A stretch of DNA of 58,301 bases from Actinomycetota bacterium (lineage in GTDB: Bacteria > Actinomycetota > JAICYB01): positions 1 through 58,301 of the forward strand of contig DATLNZ010000086.1 in the NCBI GenBank assembly GCA_035536535.1, read 5' to 3'. Numbering within the stretch: position 1 is the first letter of the stretch; the number at the start of each line of letters is the position of its first letter. Positions 34,602 through 45,779 of this stretch are shown here, piece after piece. A program made the translations under genes and the position numbers. Below the pieces are notes generated by a model. That model was not told where the DNA came from, did no database searches, and saw only the letters and a program-made list of their open reading frames with translations.

Positions 34602-35293
34602 GGCTTGGGTGTGCCGGGTGCGTCCGGGTCCCGTGCGGAGGACTGAAGGGCGTCGTCGTCGGGGACGTAGAACAGCCACTTGCCCTTGTCGGTGATCCCT
34701 GCGCGCGGCCCCCGGTATTTGCCCGACGACCGCCACTCGGCCACCTCGACCTCCGACGCCACCCGTTCCAGGGCCTCCCAGTCCTCGTCGGAGGCTTCAC
34801 CGACGTCAAAGGGGCGCGGCCAGACGAACGTCGTGACGACGTCCTGCTCATTGCCCTCGCCGCCCAGGACGTCGTCGGTCTTGATGAAGCGCATGTCCAG
34901 CAGCTTCACGAGGTCGGCCAGGACGTCCTCGCCCTGGGTCTCGCGGGTGCGCCAGTACCTGGCCGGCTGCACGCCCGGACCGGAGGTCGGCTCCCCCTGT
35001 GCGTAGGTGAAGCGGCCGCCCTGCCCCCGCGCCAGCTGCTCGAGCTTGCCGTAGTCGCAGGAGACCGCGGCCTCGACGATGTCGCGGCGCATGAGTTGCG
35101 CGGCATCGTCCACCTCGGGCTGCTCCTTGATCTTCGCGCTCAGGGAAGCGGCCGAGCAGTCTCCCCGGGGACCGGGGGTGGTCCGGGGGGCGGAGGTCGT
35201 ATCGCGGTCGTCGTCGTCGGTGGTAGCGCACGATCCGAGCAGCAGCACCAGCGAGAGCCCGGCCGCGCCCAGAGCCGCCGTCGGTCGATTCAT
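34598..35293 (-). CDS. lipoprotein, unknown function (first gene of the MacB-type ABC operon)
   Basis: Lipobox LSLVLLLGSC followed by an acidic linker TTDDDDRD. High GC3. No recognisable domain. Confidence 0.7.
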   Translation of the reverse strand: MNRPTAALGAAGLSLVLLLGSCATTDDDDRDTTSAPRTTPGPRGDCSAASLSAKIKEQPEVDDAAQLMRRDIVEAAVSCDYGKLEQLARGQGGRFTYAQGEPTSGPGVQPARYWRTRETQGEDVLADLVKLLDMRFIKTDDVLGGEGNEQDVVTTFVWPRPFDVGEASDEDWEALERVASEVEVAEWRSSGKYRGPRAGITDKGKWLFYVPDDDALQSSARDPDAPGTPKP

Positions 35294-35374
35294 CAGATGT
35301 CACCTTTCGCCTCGAAAAGCCCTGTACCAGGAGGATATCGCCGCCTTGCGGTTGACAGTCGGAGAGGCAGCGTG

Positions 35375-35401
35375 CTAGCACTCTAAGGGTAAGAGTGCTA
35401 A
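35375..35401 (+). promoter_or_regulatory. CIRCE operator (HrcA binding site) upstream of groEL
   Basis: CTAGCACTC-TAAGGGTAA-GAGTGCTAA against consensus TTAGCACTC-N9-GAGTGCTAA. TTGACA lies at 35352-35357, just upstream. Confidence 0.9.
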
Positions 35402-35424
35402 TCATCAGACGAAAGGAAGGGTAA

Positions 35425-37074
<1,650 letters not shown>

Positions 37075-37100
37075 TCTCCCCAGCCTTTCGAGCACTTCCA

Positions 37101-37128
37101 GCGGCGGGCCCCTCCGGGGGCCCGCCGC
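37101..37128 (+). terminator. GC-rich hairpin after groEL
   Basis: GCGGCGGGCCCC-TCCG-GGGGCCCGCCGC: a perfect 12-bp stem, followed by TCCGTTTGCC. Confidence 0.6.
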
Positions 37129-37209
37129 TCCGTTTGCCTGGCGTGTCCGAACCTGTGCACTCCTTGTACTAGGCGACCGGGTAGACGTTCTGCCTCTTGT
37201 CTATACCTC

Positions 37210-37238
37210 TTGACATGCTCACAGAGTGTCTATAGGCT
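37210..37238 (+). promoter_or_regulatory. candidate promoter of the HTH-ClpN-ZBD gene
   Basis: TTGACA (37210-37215), a 17-nt spacer, then TAGGCT (37233-37238), in a locally AT-rich stretch about 40 nt before RBS GGGAGGAG and ATG 37278. Confidence 0.45.
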
Positions 37239-37277
37239 CTGATGAGAGCAACCCGCTTTGACACGAGGGAGGAGCCC

Positions 37278-38285
37278 ATGGTCCTGGACGAGAAGCTCGT
37301 GAAAGCCGCTGCCGCCCTGCGAGCCGAGGCTTCCGAGCTGCAGGCCCGGGCGGAAGGGCTGACGCTGGAACTCCACCGGACCGTCCGGCGCTTGAACGCG
37401 ATGGGCGGGTCCCTTCGGGAGATTGCGTCTGCGCTTTCCATCAGCCATCAGAGGGTCCACCAGATCGTCGGAGACGATGTGGCCGTGGAGCTGTTGAGAC
37501 GGGTGACGTCACAGGAGCCGGGCGACCTGCGCGGGGCGCTTTTGGATGAGATTGGCCGAGCCGGTCCCGCCCCGGGTCCGGGCGCGGGCGCGGCGGGCGC
37601 CAGGCTCTCGCGGCTGGTCTCCCGCGCGGGCCGGGAGGCGATGGGTCTCGGGCACGGGCACCTCGGGCCGGAACACCTCGTGCTCGCCGTCCTGACCGAA
37701 GAACAGGACCAGACGGTGGCTTTCCTGGCGAAGTCCGGTGCGTCCCTGGAGAAGGCCCGGGAGAAGCTGGCCGACCTGATCGGCCGGACCGACCCGACGA
37801 CCACCGCGGCCGGCAATGCGCGCTACGAGGCCGTGGTCGACGCCGCCCGGACCGAGGCGGTGATGAGCGGGGCGGCGGAGGTGGAGCCGGTTCACGTGCT
37901 GTTGGGCGTGCTCGGTGGCCGCCGCGAAGCCGGGGGGGCCGGGCCCTCGTCCGGCAAGGGCTCCGATGGTTTCGGCGAAGCGCTCGGCTGCTCCTTCTGC
38001 TCCCGACACCAAAAGGACGTGAAGAAGCTCATCGCGGGCCCGGGAATCTACATTTGCGACCAGTGCGTGGAGCTGACGCGGCCGGTGCTGGCCGGAGCGC
38101 CCGTGGCGGTGGACGAACGGACGTCGATCGCCTCCGCGCCCGTGGGCTTCGTCGACTCGTGCCGGTTCTGCGGCAAGAGACTGAAGCAGGTCAAGGCCAT
38201 GGCGGTGTCCGGCGAGTCCGTGATCTGCAACGAATGCATCGACCTCTGCGGGGAGATCCTGGCCGAGGAGCTGCCCACGGCCTGA
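37278..38285 (+). CDS. multidomain protein: N-terminal HTH + Clp N-terminal (Clp_N) repeat domain + two ClpX-type C4 zinc-binding domains
   Basis: [24 protein letters not shown]. Clp_N repeats [18 protein letters not shown]... and [16 protein letters not shown]1 [32 protein letters not shown]2 [30 protein letters not shown]. Confidence 0.8.
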   Translation: MVLDEKLVKAAAALRAEASELQARAEGLTLELHRTVRRLNAMGGSLREIASALSISHQRVHQIVGDDVAVELLRRVTSQEPGDLRGALLDEIGRAGPAPGPGAGAAGARLSRLVSRAGREAMGLGHGHLGPEHLVLAVLTEEQDQTVAFLAKSGASLEKAREKLADLIGRTDPTTTAAGNARYEAVVDAARTEAVMSGAAEVEPVHVLLGVLGGRREAGGAGPSSGKGSDGFGEALGCSFCSRHQKDVKKLIAGPGIYICDQCVELTRPVLAGAPVAVDERTSIASAPVGFVDSCRFCGKRLKQVKAMAVSGESVICNECIDLCGEILAEELPTA

Positions 38286-38330
38286 CGCGAAAGTGTTTCC
38301 CCCCGGCGGTTTCGGGCCGATACTTGAGGC

Positions 38331-38798
38331 ATGAGCCTCGGAGCACAGCCTGTCGCACCCGGTGACGTGAGGGAGATCATCGACCGCAAGATGGCCGACT
38401 TCCAGCACGTGTCGCGCGGTGTGCACGTGCGCCACCTCGACCCGGACCCTTACTTCGACGCCGCCTTGGAGGACCCCGACATCCGGTTCGCCGTCGAGAC
38501 GGGCTTCATCACGGAGATCAAGCAGGAACTGCGCGATCCCGTCCTCGCCCTCGCGGGCGACCGCGTCGTGTTCACCTGTCCGACGCTGGTCGTGCGCGTT
38601 CTAGCCCCCGAGCCTCCCGAGATCCACCGCGCCTTCGTGGAGGGAGTTTTTATGCGAAAGCTGTTCCGGTTCTTCGTCCCCGCCGCCCACGAGGGAGGGA
38701 CCGGCTTTGAGGCCTCGCAGCAGGTGCGCGAGATCATGCAGCGTCACTTCGCCTGGCAGCTGGTCGTGACCGAGACGCTGCTGGGCCAAGCCTCCTAG
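38331..38798 (+). CDS. hypothetical protein
   Basis: 155-codon ORF with high GC3 between the Clp-like gene and guaB3. No motif recognised. Confidence 0.55.
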   Translation: MSLGAQPVAPGDVREIIDRKMADFQHVSRGVHVRHLDPDPYFDAALEDPDIRFAVETGFITEIKQELRDPVLALAGDRVVFTCPTLVVRVLAPEPPEIHRAFVEGVFMRKLFRFFVPAAHEGGTGFEASQQVREIMQRHFAWQLVVTETLLGQAS

Positions 38799-38875
38799 AG
38801 CTCGCGCCCGGGAACCCGCGTCCGGGGCCTCGGGTATCCTTTGGAGACAGCCGACCGCGCCGGGAGGTACTTCCT

Positions 38876-40033
38876 TTGGAGATAGACATCGGGATGGGCA
38901 AGAAGGCGCGCCGCGCCTACGGTTTCGACGAGATCTCGATCGTGCCGTCCCGGCGGACCCGCGACCCCGACGACGTGGACATCTCCTGGCAGATGGACGC
39001 CTGGCGGTTCGGCCTGCCGCTGATGGCCTCGGCCATGGACGCCGTCGTCTCCCCCTCAAGCGCCATCGAGATCGGGCGGCTCGGAGGCCTGGCGGTCCTG
39101 AACCTCGAGGGACTGTGGACGAGGTACGAGGACCCGTTGGAAGTGTACGAGCGGATCGCGGCAACCCCGGTCGAGGAGGCGACAAAGGTCCTCCAGGACG
39201 TGTACACGGAGCCGGTCCGTGGCGACCTGATCCAGGAGCGGATCCGGCAGATCAAGGCCGGGGGCGTCGTCGCCTCGGCCTCCCTGACGCCCCAGAGGGT
39301 CCAGGAGTTCGCTAAAGACATCCTCGCCGCGGAACTGGACATCCTGGTGATCCAGGGGACGGTGGTCTCCGCCGAACACGTGTCGCTGACCCGGGAGCCG
39401 CTCAACCTCAAGGAGTTCATCCGCACCTTCGACCTGCCGGTCATCGTCGGAGGATGCGCGTCGTATGACACGGCGCACCACCTCATGCGCACCGGCGCGG
39501 TGGGCGTCCTTGTGGGCGTCGGCCCGGGGGCCGCCTGCACCTCGCGGCAGGTCCTCGGGATCGGGGTCCCGCAGGCCACGGCGGTCTCCGACGCGGCCGC
39601 GGCGCGGATGCGGCATCTGGAGGAGACGGGCCGCTACTGCCACGTGATCGCCGACGGAGGGATGCGCACCGGCGGCGAGGTGGCCAAGGCCATTGCGTGC
39701 GGAGCCGACGCGGTCATGATCGCGTCGCCGCTGGCGGGGGCCTTTGAGTCGCCCGGCCGCGGCTTCCACTGGGGCATGGCGACGTTCCACCCGGAGCTGC
39801 CGAGAGGGGCGCGGGTTGAGACGGGCCAGGGCGCGACTTTGAAGGAGATCCTCACCGGGCCCGCGGCCGTGAACGACGGAACCCTGAACCTTTTCGGAGC
39901 GCTGCGCTTTTCAATGGCGACATCCGGGTATGGCTCCATCAAGGAGTTCCAGAAATCCGAGATCGTGGTGGCCCCGGCCATCAAGACTGAGGGCAAGGAC
40001 CTGCAACGCGCCCAGAAAGTAGGGATGGCATGA
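38876..40033 (+). CDS. guaB3: GuaB3-family IMP dehydrogenase-related protein (no CBS pair)
   Basis: EIDIGMGKKARRAYGFDEISIVPSRRTR... and the IMPDH TIM-barrel core (GVGPGAACTSR, ADGGMRTGGEVAKA) without a CBS insert. TTG start 8 nt after GGGAGG. Confidence 0.85.
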   Translation: MEIDIGMGKKARRAYGFDEISIVPSRRTRDPDDVDISWQMDAWRFGLPLMASAMDAVVSPSSAIEIGRLGGLAVLNLEGLWTRYEDPLEVYERIAATPVEEATKVLQDVYTEPVRGDLIQERIRQIKAGGVVASASLTPQRVQEFAKDILAAELDILVIQGTVVSAEHVSLTREPLNLKEFIRTFDLPVIVGGCASYDTAHHLMRTGAVGVLVGVGPGAACTSRQVLGIGVPQATAVSDAAAARMRHLEETGRYCHVIADGGMRTGGEVAKAIACGADAVMIASPLAGAFESPGRGFHWGMATFHPELPRGARVETGQGATLKEILTGPAAVNDGTLNLFGALRFSMATSGYGSIKEFQKSEIVVAPAIKTEGKDLQRAQKVGMA

Positions 40034-41013
40034 AAAGCCACAGACCGATTCGCAAGGTGACGGTCGTCGCGCTGACGGCGGTCATGTGCCTCGTCCTGTC
40101 GTCGTGCGGGCTTTCGCGCAGCGGCCAGAAGCCCAAGGGCTCCCAGGGGCCCAAGAGTTACGGGTCGGAAGTCGACACGTCCGAGAAGACGCCCGCCCCC
40201 GAGGTGCAGGCCACACAGGCGCCCGGCCAGCAGCCGGGCGGCGCAGCCAAGCCGGGACAGGCCAAGGCAAAGGTCACCGCCAAGCCGAAGGCGGGCGGCG
40301 GTGCCCCCGCCAGCCACCCGGGAGTGCCGCCGGACCTGTCGGGCGGAGACCTGGGGCCGACGGAGCAGGCGTGGCGGATCCTGAACCAGGCCACACCGAA
40401 GATGGTCATCGAGGTCGACGTGGTGGGCGAGGCCGAGCCCGACGCGCAGGCGTTGGCGCAGTTCAAGGCGATCCTTGATGGGATCGCAGACAAGCCGAGG
40501 GGCATCGAGGTCCGAAGGGAGACCATTCCCGGAGGGAAAAGCAGCTATTCGGACGGTGAGATCGAAGAGTTCGTGCGGACGAACCGGGGCACGAAGAACA
40601 CCGGGGACACGGCCAGCGTGTACGTCATCTACGTGCCGGGCACCCGCCAGGGGCCGAAGCCCGGGACGCTGGGTTACGCCTCCGGAAGCCGCATCGCGAT
40701 GTTCCCGGACACCGTCAAGCGAGCCGCCGCCAATGCCCCCGCGGTCGGGCGGACCAAGATCGAGACGGGGGTGCTGACGCACGAGATGGGTCACATCATG
40801 GCCCTGCTCGACATCGGATGGGAGTCACCAAGAAAGCGGACGGACCCCGAGGACCCACAGCAGCCCTCGAATCACTCGCGGAACAGGGACTCGATCATGT
40901 ACTACAAGGCGGAGCAGGGGGACCTCGTCGCCCAGGCGCTGGGCACCAAGCCCATCCAGTTCGACGCCGACGACAAAGCCGACCTCGAGGACCTCAAGCA
41001 CAGACGCGTCTGA
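40030..41013 (+). CDS. lipoprotein zinc metalloprotease (HExxH, snapalysin-like third ligand)
   Basis: Lipobox MCLVLSSCG and a low-complexity Pro/Gly/Lys linker. Motif [12 protein letters not shown] plus a downstream SIMYY (Met-turn-like). ATG overlaps the guaB3 stop (ATGA). Confidence 0.7.
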   Translation: MKSHRPIRKVTVVALTAVMCLVLSSCGLSRSGQKPKGSQGPKSYGSEVDTSEKTPAPEVQATQAPGQQPGGAAKPGQAKAKVTAKPKAGGGAPASHPGVPPDLSGGDLGPTEQAWRILNQATPKMVIEVDVVGEAEPDAQALAQFKAILDGIADKPRGIEVRRETIPGGKSSYSDGEIEEFVRTNRGTKNTGDTASVYVIYVPGTRQGPKPGTLGYASGSRIAMFPDTVKRAAANAPAVGRTKIETGVLTHEMGHIMALLDIGWESPRKRTDPEDPQQPSNHSRNRDSIMYYKAEQGDLVAQALGTKPIQFDADDKADLEDLKHRRV

Positions 41014-41020
41014 CCTTGGC

Positions 41021-41063
41021 GAGTCCCGGCGCCCCGCGGGTTGGACGCGCGGCGCCGGGACTC
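41021..41063 (+). terminator. hairpin after the metalloprotease gene
   Basis: GAGTCCCGGCGCC...GGCGCCGGGACTC: a perfect 13-bp stem whose loop can extend it by CGCG/CGCG, followed by TGCATTGTTG. Confidence 0.6.
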
Positions 41064-41104
41064 TGCATTGTTGTCGGCGTGACCCCGCCCACAGGAGGTC
41101 TTCC

Positions 41105-42637
41105 GTGACCCAGCCTGTCTTTGTCGTCGATTTCGGTGCCCAGTACTCGCAGCTGATCGCCCGGCGTGTACGCGAATGCCACGTCTACTCCGAGATCGTG
41201 CCGCACACCATCGACCCGTCCGAGCTGGCGAGACGCAACCCCGGCGGCCTGATCCTGTCCGGGGGCCCTGCGTCGGTTTACGCACCGGGCGCCCCCCAGT
41301 GCGACATCCGGCTGTTCCGGCTCGGCGTCCCGGTGCTCGGCATCTGCTACGGCCAGCAACTGATGACGTCGGTGCTGGGTGGGGAGGTCGCCCGCACGGA
41401 CGCTGCGGAGTACGGACGCGCGGAGCTGTCGGTCCGCTCCTCGGATTCGCTTCTGTTCGCGGGGCTCCCGGAGCGCACCGAGGTCTGGATGTCCCACCGC
41501 GACGCGGTGGTGTCGCCGCCCCCCGGGTTCACCGTGACGGCGGCAACGCCCGAGTCGCCGGTCGCGGCGATGGAGGATCCGGACGACGGGCTGTTCGGAG
41601 TTCAGTTCCACCCGGAGGTCGCACACACCCCGCGGGGCACGGAACTCCTCAAGAACTTCCTGTATCACGCGTGCGAGGTCCTGCCGTCGTGGACGCCGCT
41701 TTCGATCATCGACGAGGCGCTGGACGCGATCCGGCAGCAGGTGGGCACGGAGAAGGTCGTGTGCGGGCTGTCCGGGGGGGTGGACTCGGCGGTCGCCGCT
41801 CTGCTCGTCCACAAGGCGGTAGGGGACCAGCTGACGTGCATCTTCGTGGACCCAGGGCTCATGCGCGAGGGCGAGGCGCAGCAGGTGGTGGAGACATTCA
41901 AGAGCCACTTCCACGTGGAGCTGATCCACGTCGACGCCACGGAGCGGTTCCTGGACGCGCTCAAAGGAGTCGACGACCCCGAGCAAAAGCGCCGGATCAT
42001 CGGCGAGCACTATTTCCGCGTCTTCGAAGACGTCGCCCGCGGGGTCGGGCATGCGAAGTACCTGGTCCAGGGGACGCTGTACCCCGACGTCATCGAGTCC
42101 GGCTCGTCCACCGCGGCGACCATCAAGACCCATCACAACGTAGGAGGCCTGCCGGAGCGGATGGGACTTTCTTTGGTCGAGCCGCTGCGCAATCTGTTCA
42201 AGGACGAGGTCCGCAGCGTCGGCATGGAGCTCGGCCTGCCGGAGGAGATTGTGTGGCGTCAGCCGTTTCCGGGGCCCGGACTGGCTGTGCGGATCCTCGG
42301 CGAGGTGACGCCGGAGAGGCTGTCCATACTGCGGCGCGCGGACCAGATCGTGCGGACGGAGCTTCACAAGGCCGGCCTCGACAGGGAGATCTGGCAGGCG
42401 CTCGCCGTCCTGCCGGCCGTGAAGTCCGTGGGTGTCCAGGGAGACGAGCGGACGTACGCCTATCCGATCGTCGTCCGGGCCGTCACGTCCGAGGACGCCA
42501 TGACTGCCGACTGGGCGCGGCTGCCGCACGAGGTGCTGGAGAAAATTTCCTCGCGCATCACCTCGGAGGTCCCGGGAGTCAACCGGGTCGTCTACGACAT
42601 CACCTCCAAGCCCCCCGGCACCATCGAGTGGGAGTAG
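41105..42637 (+). CDS. guaA: GMP synthase (glutamine-hydrolysing)
   Basis: GATase domain (ICYGQQL, VQFHPEV), ATP-PPase SGGVDS, and C-terminal [18 protein letters not shown] before GTG 41105. Confidence 0.95.
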   Translation: MTQPVFVVDFGAQYSQLIARRVRECHVYSEIVPHTIDPSELARRNPGGLILSGGPASVYAPGAPQCDIRLFRLGVPVLGICYGQQLMTSVLGGEVARTDAAEYGRAELSVRSSDSLLFAGLPERTEVWMSHRDAVVSPPPGFTVTAATPESPVAAMEDPDDGLFGVQFHPEVAHTPRGTELLKNFLYHACEVLPSWTPLSIIDEALDAIRQQVGTEKVVCGLSGGVDSAVAALLVHKAVGDQLTCIFVDPGLMREGEAQQVVETFKSHFHVELIHVDATERFLDALKGVDDPEQKRRIIGEHYFRVFEDVARGVGHAKYLVQGTLYPDVIESGSSTAATIKTHHNVGGLPERMGLSLVEPLRNLFKDEVRSVGMELGLPEEIVWRQPFPGPGLAVRILGEVTPERLSILRRADQIVRTELHKAGLDREIWQALAVLPAVKSVGVQGDERTYAYPIVVRAVTSEDAMTADWARLPHEVLEKISSRITSEVPGVNRVVYDITSKPPGTIEWE

Positions 42638-42656
42638 ACGGCCCCGAGCCGTCCGC

Positions 42657-43475
42657 ATGAAGGTCCGTGTAAACGGACTGGAGTTCGGCTACGACCGGGC
42701 CGGGTCCGGCGAGCCGGTCCTGCTGGTGCCGGGGCTGGCCACCCCCCGACTGTCATGGGTCAACCAGATGCCGGTCCTGGCGCGCCACTTCGACGTCACC
42801 TGTTTCGACAACCGCGGCATCGGCGAAAGCGAAGTCCCGGGTGACTGGTGGAGCATGCCCGAGATGGTCTCCGACACCCTGGGGATCATGGACGCCGTGG
42901 GTTACACGAACGCCCACCTGGTCGGTGTGTCGATGGGCGGCATCATCTCCCAGGCCATCGCCATGCAGCATCCGGAACGGGTCCGGAGCCTGACCCTCAT
43001 CTCCACGTACTGCGGAGGCCCGGACCGCGCCTTTATGGACGAAGACGTCGCGGCCCGGCTTTTCGTGGACGGAGAGCCGGCGGCCAGGATCCGCGCGGGG
43101 GCCGAGGCGACCTTCGGGCGGACCTACCGCGAACGCAACCCCGACCTGTTCGAGGGCTTTGTCGCTTTCGCGTTGGCCAACCCCCCGCGGTCGCTGTCCG
43201 TTTTCAGCCAGCTCGGCGGGTGCGCGTCGTGGCTGGCCGAGGACAGTTCAGGCGAGGGGTTGTCGTCCATGAGAAAGCCGGCTCTCGTTCTCCACGGCGA
43301 CGCGGACGAGATGAGTCCGGTCCGCAACGCGGAGATGATCGCCGACCGCATCCCGGACGCAAAGCTGCGGGTGTGGGCGGACGCGGGGCACGCGCTCATC
43401 CACGAGCGGTCCGACGAGGTCAACGAGGCCATCCTCGAGCATTTGTTGTCGGTGGAGGCGCGCGCTCTGTCCTAG
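42657..43475 (+). CDS. alpha/beta-fold hydrolase
   Basis: Nucleophile elbow GVSMGG, oxyanion-region LVPG, and C-terminal HALIHE histidine. Confidence 0.85.
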   Translation: MKVRVNGLEFGYDRAGSGEPVLLVPGLATPRLSWVNQMPVLARHFDVTCFDNRGIGESEVPGDWWSMPEMVSDTLGIMDAVGYTNAHLVGVSMGGIISQAIAMQHPERVRSLTLISTYCGGPDRAFMDEDVAARLFVDGEPAARIRAGAEATFGRTYRERNPDLFEGFVAFALANPPRSLSVFSQLGGCASWLAEDSSGEGLSSMRKPALVLHGDADEMSPVRNAEMIADRIPDAKLRVWADAGHALIHERSDEVNEAILEHLLSVEARALS

Positions 43476-43500
43476 GCGGCCCCCCCGTGTCGTCGCCGCT

Positions 43501-45732
43501 GTGGTCCGTCGGCCCCCGCCACATACTGAGGGGGTGCAGGATTCCCTCGCCGACGTCGTATCGGGGCTGAACCCCGTCCAGCGGGAGGCCGTCGAGGCGC
43601 TCGACGGCCCGGTCCTGATCGTCGCGGGGGCCGGGTCGGGCAAGACCCGCGTCATAACGCACCGAGTAGCCAACCTGCTGCGCCACGGGGTGTCGCCGCG
43701 CAACGTCCTGGCCATCACGTTCACGAACAAGGCAGCCGGTGAGATGCGGGAACGGATCGAGCGCCTGGTGGGCACGGGCCTTGCGCGCGAGATGTGGGTG
43801 ATGACCTTTCACGCCGCCTGCGCCCGCATCCTGCGCATGGAGGCCGAGCGCCTGGGGCTGGGCAAGAACTTCACGATCTACGACGACGGGGACTCGCAGC
43901 GGGTCATCTCCGCCTGCCTGAAGGAGCTGAACCTCGACGCCAAGCGGTGGACTCCCAGGTCCATGTCGGCGGTCATCTCAAACGCCAAAAACGCCTGTCT
44001 GGGACCGGAAGCCTTTGCGTCGGCGGCGGCGTCGTTTCCCGAGCGGGTGGCGGCTGACGTGTACAAGGGCTACGCCGCAGCGTTGCGGCGGGCCAACGCC
44101 CTGGACTTCGACGACCTGATCGCCGAGGCCGTCCGGCTGCTGGAGGAGCACCCGGAGGCCCTGGCGCGCTGGCAGAACCGCTTCCGGTACGTAGTGGTGG
44201 ACGAGTACCAGGACACAAACCACGCGCAGTACAGGGTCTTGGCGCTTCTTTCCGGCAAGCACCGCAACCTGTGCGTGGTCGGCGACGAGGACCAGTCGGT
44301 CTACAAGTTCCGGGGAGCGACCATCCGCAACATCCTTGAGTTCGAGCGCGACTACCCCGATGCGCGCGTGTTCAAGCTCGAGCAGAACTACCGGTCCACC
44401 CAGACGATCCTGGATGCGGCCAACGGCCTGATTCGCAACAACCGGCAACGCAAGGACAAGCGTCTGTTCACCGAGCGCGGGGGCGGAGCGGGAATCGTCC
44501 GGTACCGCGCCGACGACGAGCACGACGAGGCGCATTTTGTCGCCGGCGAGATCGGGAAGCTGGCCCCCGAGGGCTATTCGGGCAAGGACGTGGCCGTGTT
44601 CTACCGCACCAACGCGCAGTCCCGGGTCCTGGAGGAGATTTTCTTCCGATACGGCATCACGTACCGGGTCGTGGGTGGCCTCAAGTTCTACGAACGCAAG
44701 GAGATCCGCGACGCGATCGCCTACCTGCGGGCGGCGCACAACCCGGCGGACTCCGTGTCGGTCCAGCGAGCAATCTCCTCGCCGAAGCGTGGTGTCGGCG
44801 ACGGGTCCATGGCCAAGCTCGAGCTGTGGTCGCGGTCCCACGAGACCCCGCTCGGCGAGTCGCTGGCGAGGGCCGACGAGGTCCCGGGACTGTCCGGACG
44901 CGCGCGCAACGGCTGCGCCGAGGTGGCCCGGGTGCTGAGGTTGATTCGGGAGCGCGACGCGGCGGGGGCCCCGCTGTCGGACATCGTCCGTACGGCCTGG
45001 ACCGAGTCGGGCCTGCTGGACGAGCTCCAGGCCCAGCAGACCCCAGAGGCCGAGGGACGGATTGAGAACCTGCAGGAGCTGGCCGGGGTGGCCGAGGAGT
45101 TCTCCAACCGGGAGGACGCCGGGGACGCCCGCCTAGCCGACTTTTTGGAGCGGACGTCGCTGATTGCGGAGGTGGACGTCCTTTCCGACGCCAACGAGAT
45201 CGTCACGCTCATGACGCTGCACAACGCCAAGGGGCTCGAGTACCCGATCGTGTTCCTCACGGGGATGGAAGAGGGGGTCTTTCCGCATATCCGGTCGCTG
45301 GACGACCCCGACGACCTCGAGGAGGAGCGGCGGCTGGCCTACGTCGGCATCACCCGCGCGCAGGACCGCCTCCACATCTCCCACGCCTGGTCGCGGTCGC
45401 TGTGGGGCGGCACCAACTACAACCCGGTGTCGCGGTTCGTGGGCGAGATCCCCGAGGAACTGGTGGAGGTCCGGGGGAAGTCGGAGTCGCCGCGCCTGCG
45501 GGGATGGGACTCGCCGGCCCCCGCCAGGCAGGCGCAGGCGCCGCGTCCGGGGGCCGAGAGGTTCGTGGTGGCGGTCTCGCCGGGCGATGCCGTCATGCAC
45601 GAGGCATTCGGTGTCGGCGAGGTCCTGCAGGTGTCGGGGTCCGGTTCGGATACCGAGGTCACAGTCCGGTTCGACGACGAAGGCGACAAGGTCCTGCTGC
45701 TGGCCTACGCGAACCTGTCCAAGGCCCGGTAA
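43501..45732 (+). CDS. pcrA: ATP-dependent DNA helicase PcrA/UvrD
   Basis: SF1 motifs LNPVQREAV, AGAGSGKT, VDEYQDTN, VGDEDQSVYKFRGA, LEQNYRST, HNAKGLEYP and YVGITRA. The start is uncertain (GTG 43501 or GTG 43534). Confidence 0.9.
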   Translation: MVRRPPPHTEGVQDSLADVVSGLNPVQREAVEALDGPVLIVAGAGSGKTRVITHRVANLLRHGVSPRNVLAITFTNKAAGEMRERIERLVGTGLAREMWVMTFHAACARILRMEAERLGLGKNFTIYDDGDSQRVISACLKELNLDAKRWTPRSMSAVISNAKNACLGPEAFASAAASFPERVAADVYKGYAAALRRANALDFDDLIAEAVRLLEEHPEALARWQNRFRYVVVDEYQDTNHAQYRVLALLSGKHRNLCVVGDEDQSVYKFRGATIRNILEFERDYPDARVFKLEQNYRSTQTILDAANGLIRNNRQRKDKRLFTERGGGAGIVRYRADDEHDEAHFVAGEIGKLAPEGYSGKDVAVFYRTNAQSRVLEEIFFRYGITYRVVGGLKFYERKEIRDAIAYLRAAHNPADSVSVQRAISSPKRGVGDGSMAKLELWSRSHETPLGESLARADEVPGLSGRARNGCAEVARVLRLIRERDAAGAPLSDIVRTAWTESGLLDELQAQQTPEAEGRIENLQELAGVAEEFSNREDAGDARLADFLERTSLIAEVDVLSDANEIVTLMTLHNAKGLEYPIVFLTGMEEGVFPHIRSLDDPDDLEEERRLAYVGITRAQDRLHISHAWSRSLWGGTNYNPVSRFVGEIPEELVEVRGKSESPRLRGWDSPAPARQAQAPRPGAERFVVAVSPGDAVMHEAFGVGEVLQVSGSGSDTEVTVRFDDEGDKVLLLAYANLSKAR

Positions 45733-45767
45733 AGAGAAAAGCCCGGCCGGGGGCCGGGCTTTTCTCT
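45733..45767. terminator. bidirectional intrinsic terminator between convergent genes
   Basis: AGAGAAAAGCCCGGCC-GGG-GGCCGGGCTTTTCTCT: a perfect 16-bp stem with A/T runs on both flanks, so it reads as hairpin plus U-tract on either strand. Confidence 0.75.
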
Positions 45768-45779
45768 AGATCGGATGGC

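Noticed and set aside
38331-38798. Assignment of this ORF to the DUF5319 (Rv3412-like) family because of its position next to guaB3
   Set aside because: The sequence as I recall Rv3412 (Cys-rich, CCDEC-type motif) does not resemble this protein. I left it as hypothetical.
40994-42658. 554-aa ORF antisense to guaA, and the 494-aa out-of-frame sense ORF 41176..42660
   Set aside because: guaA on the plus strand in the 41105 frame has all GATase and ATP-PPase motifs. The alternatives are Arg/Pro/Gly-rich with no recognisable domains.
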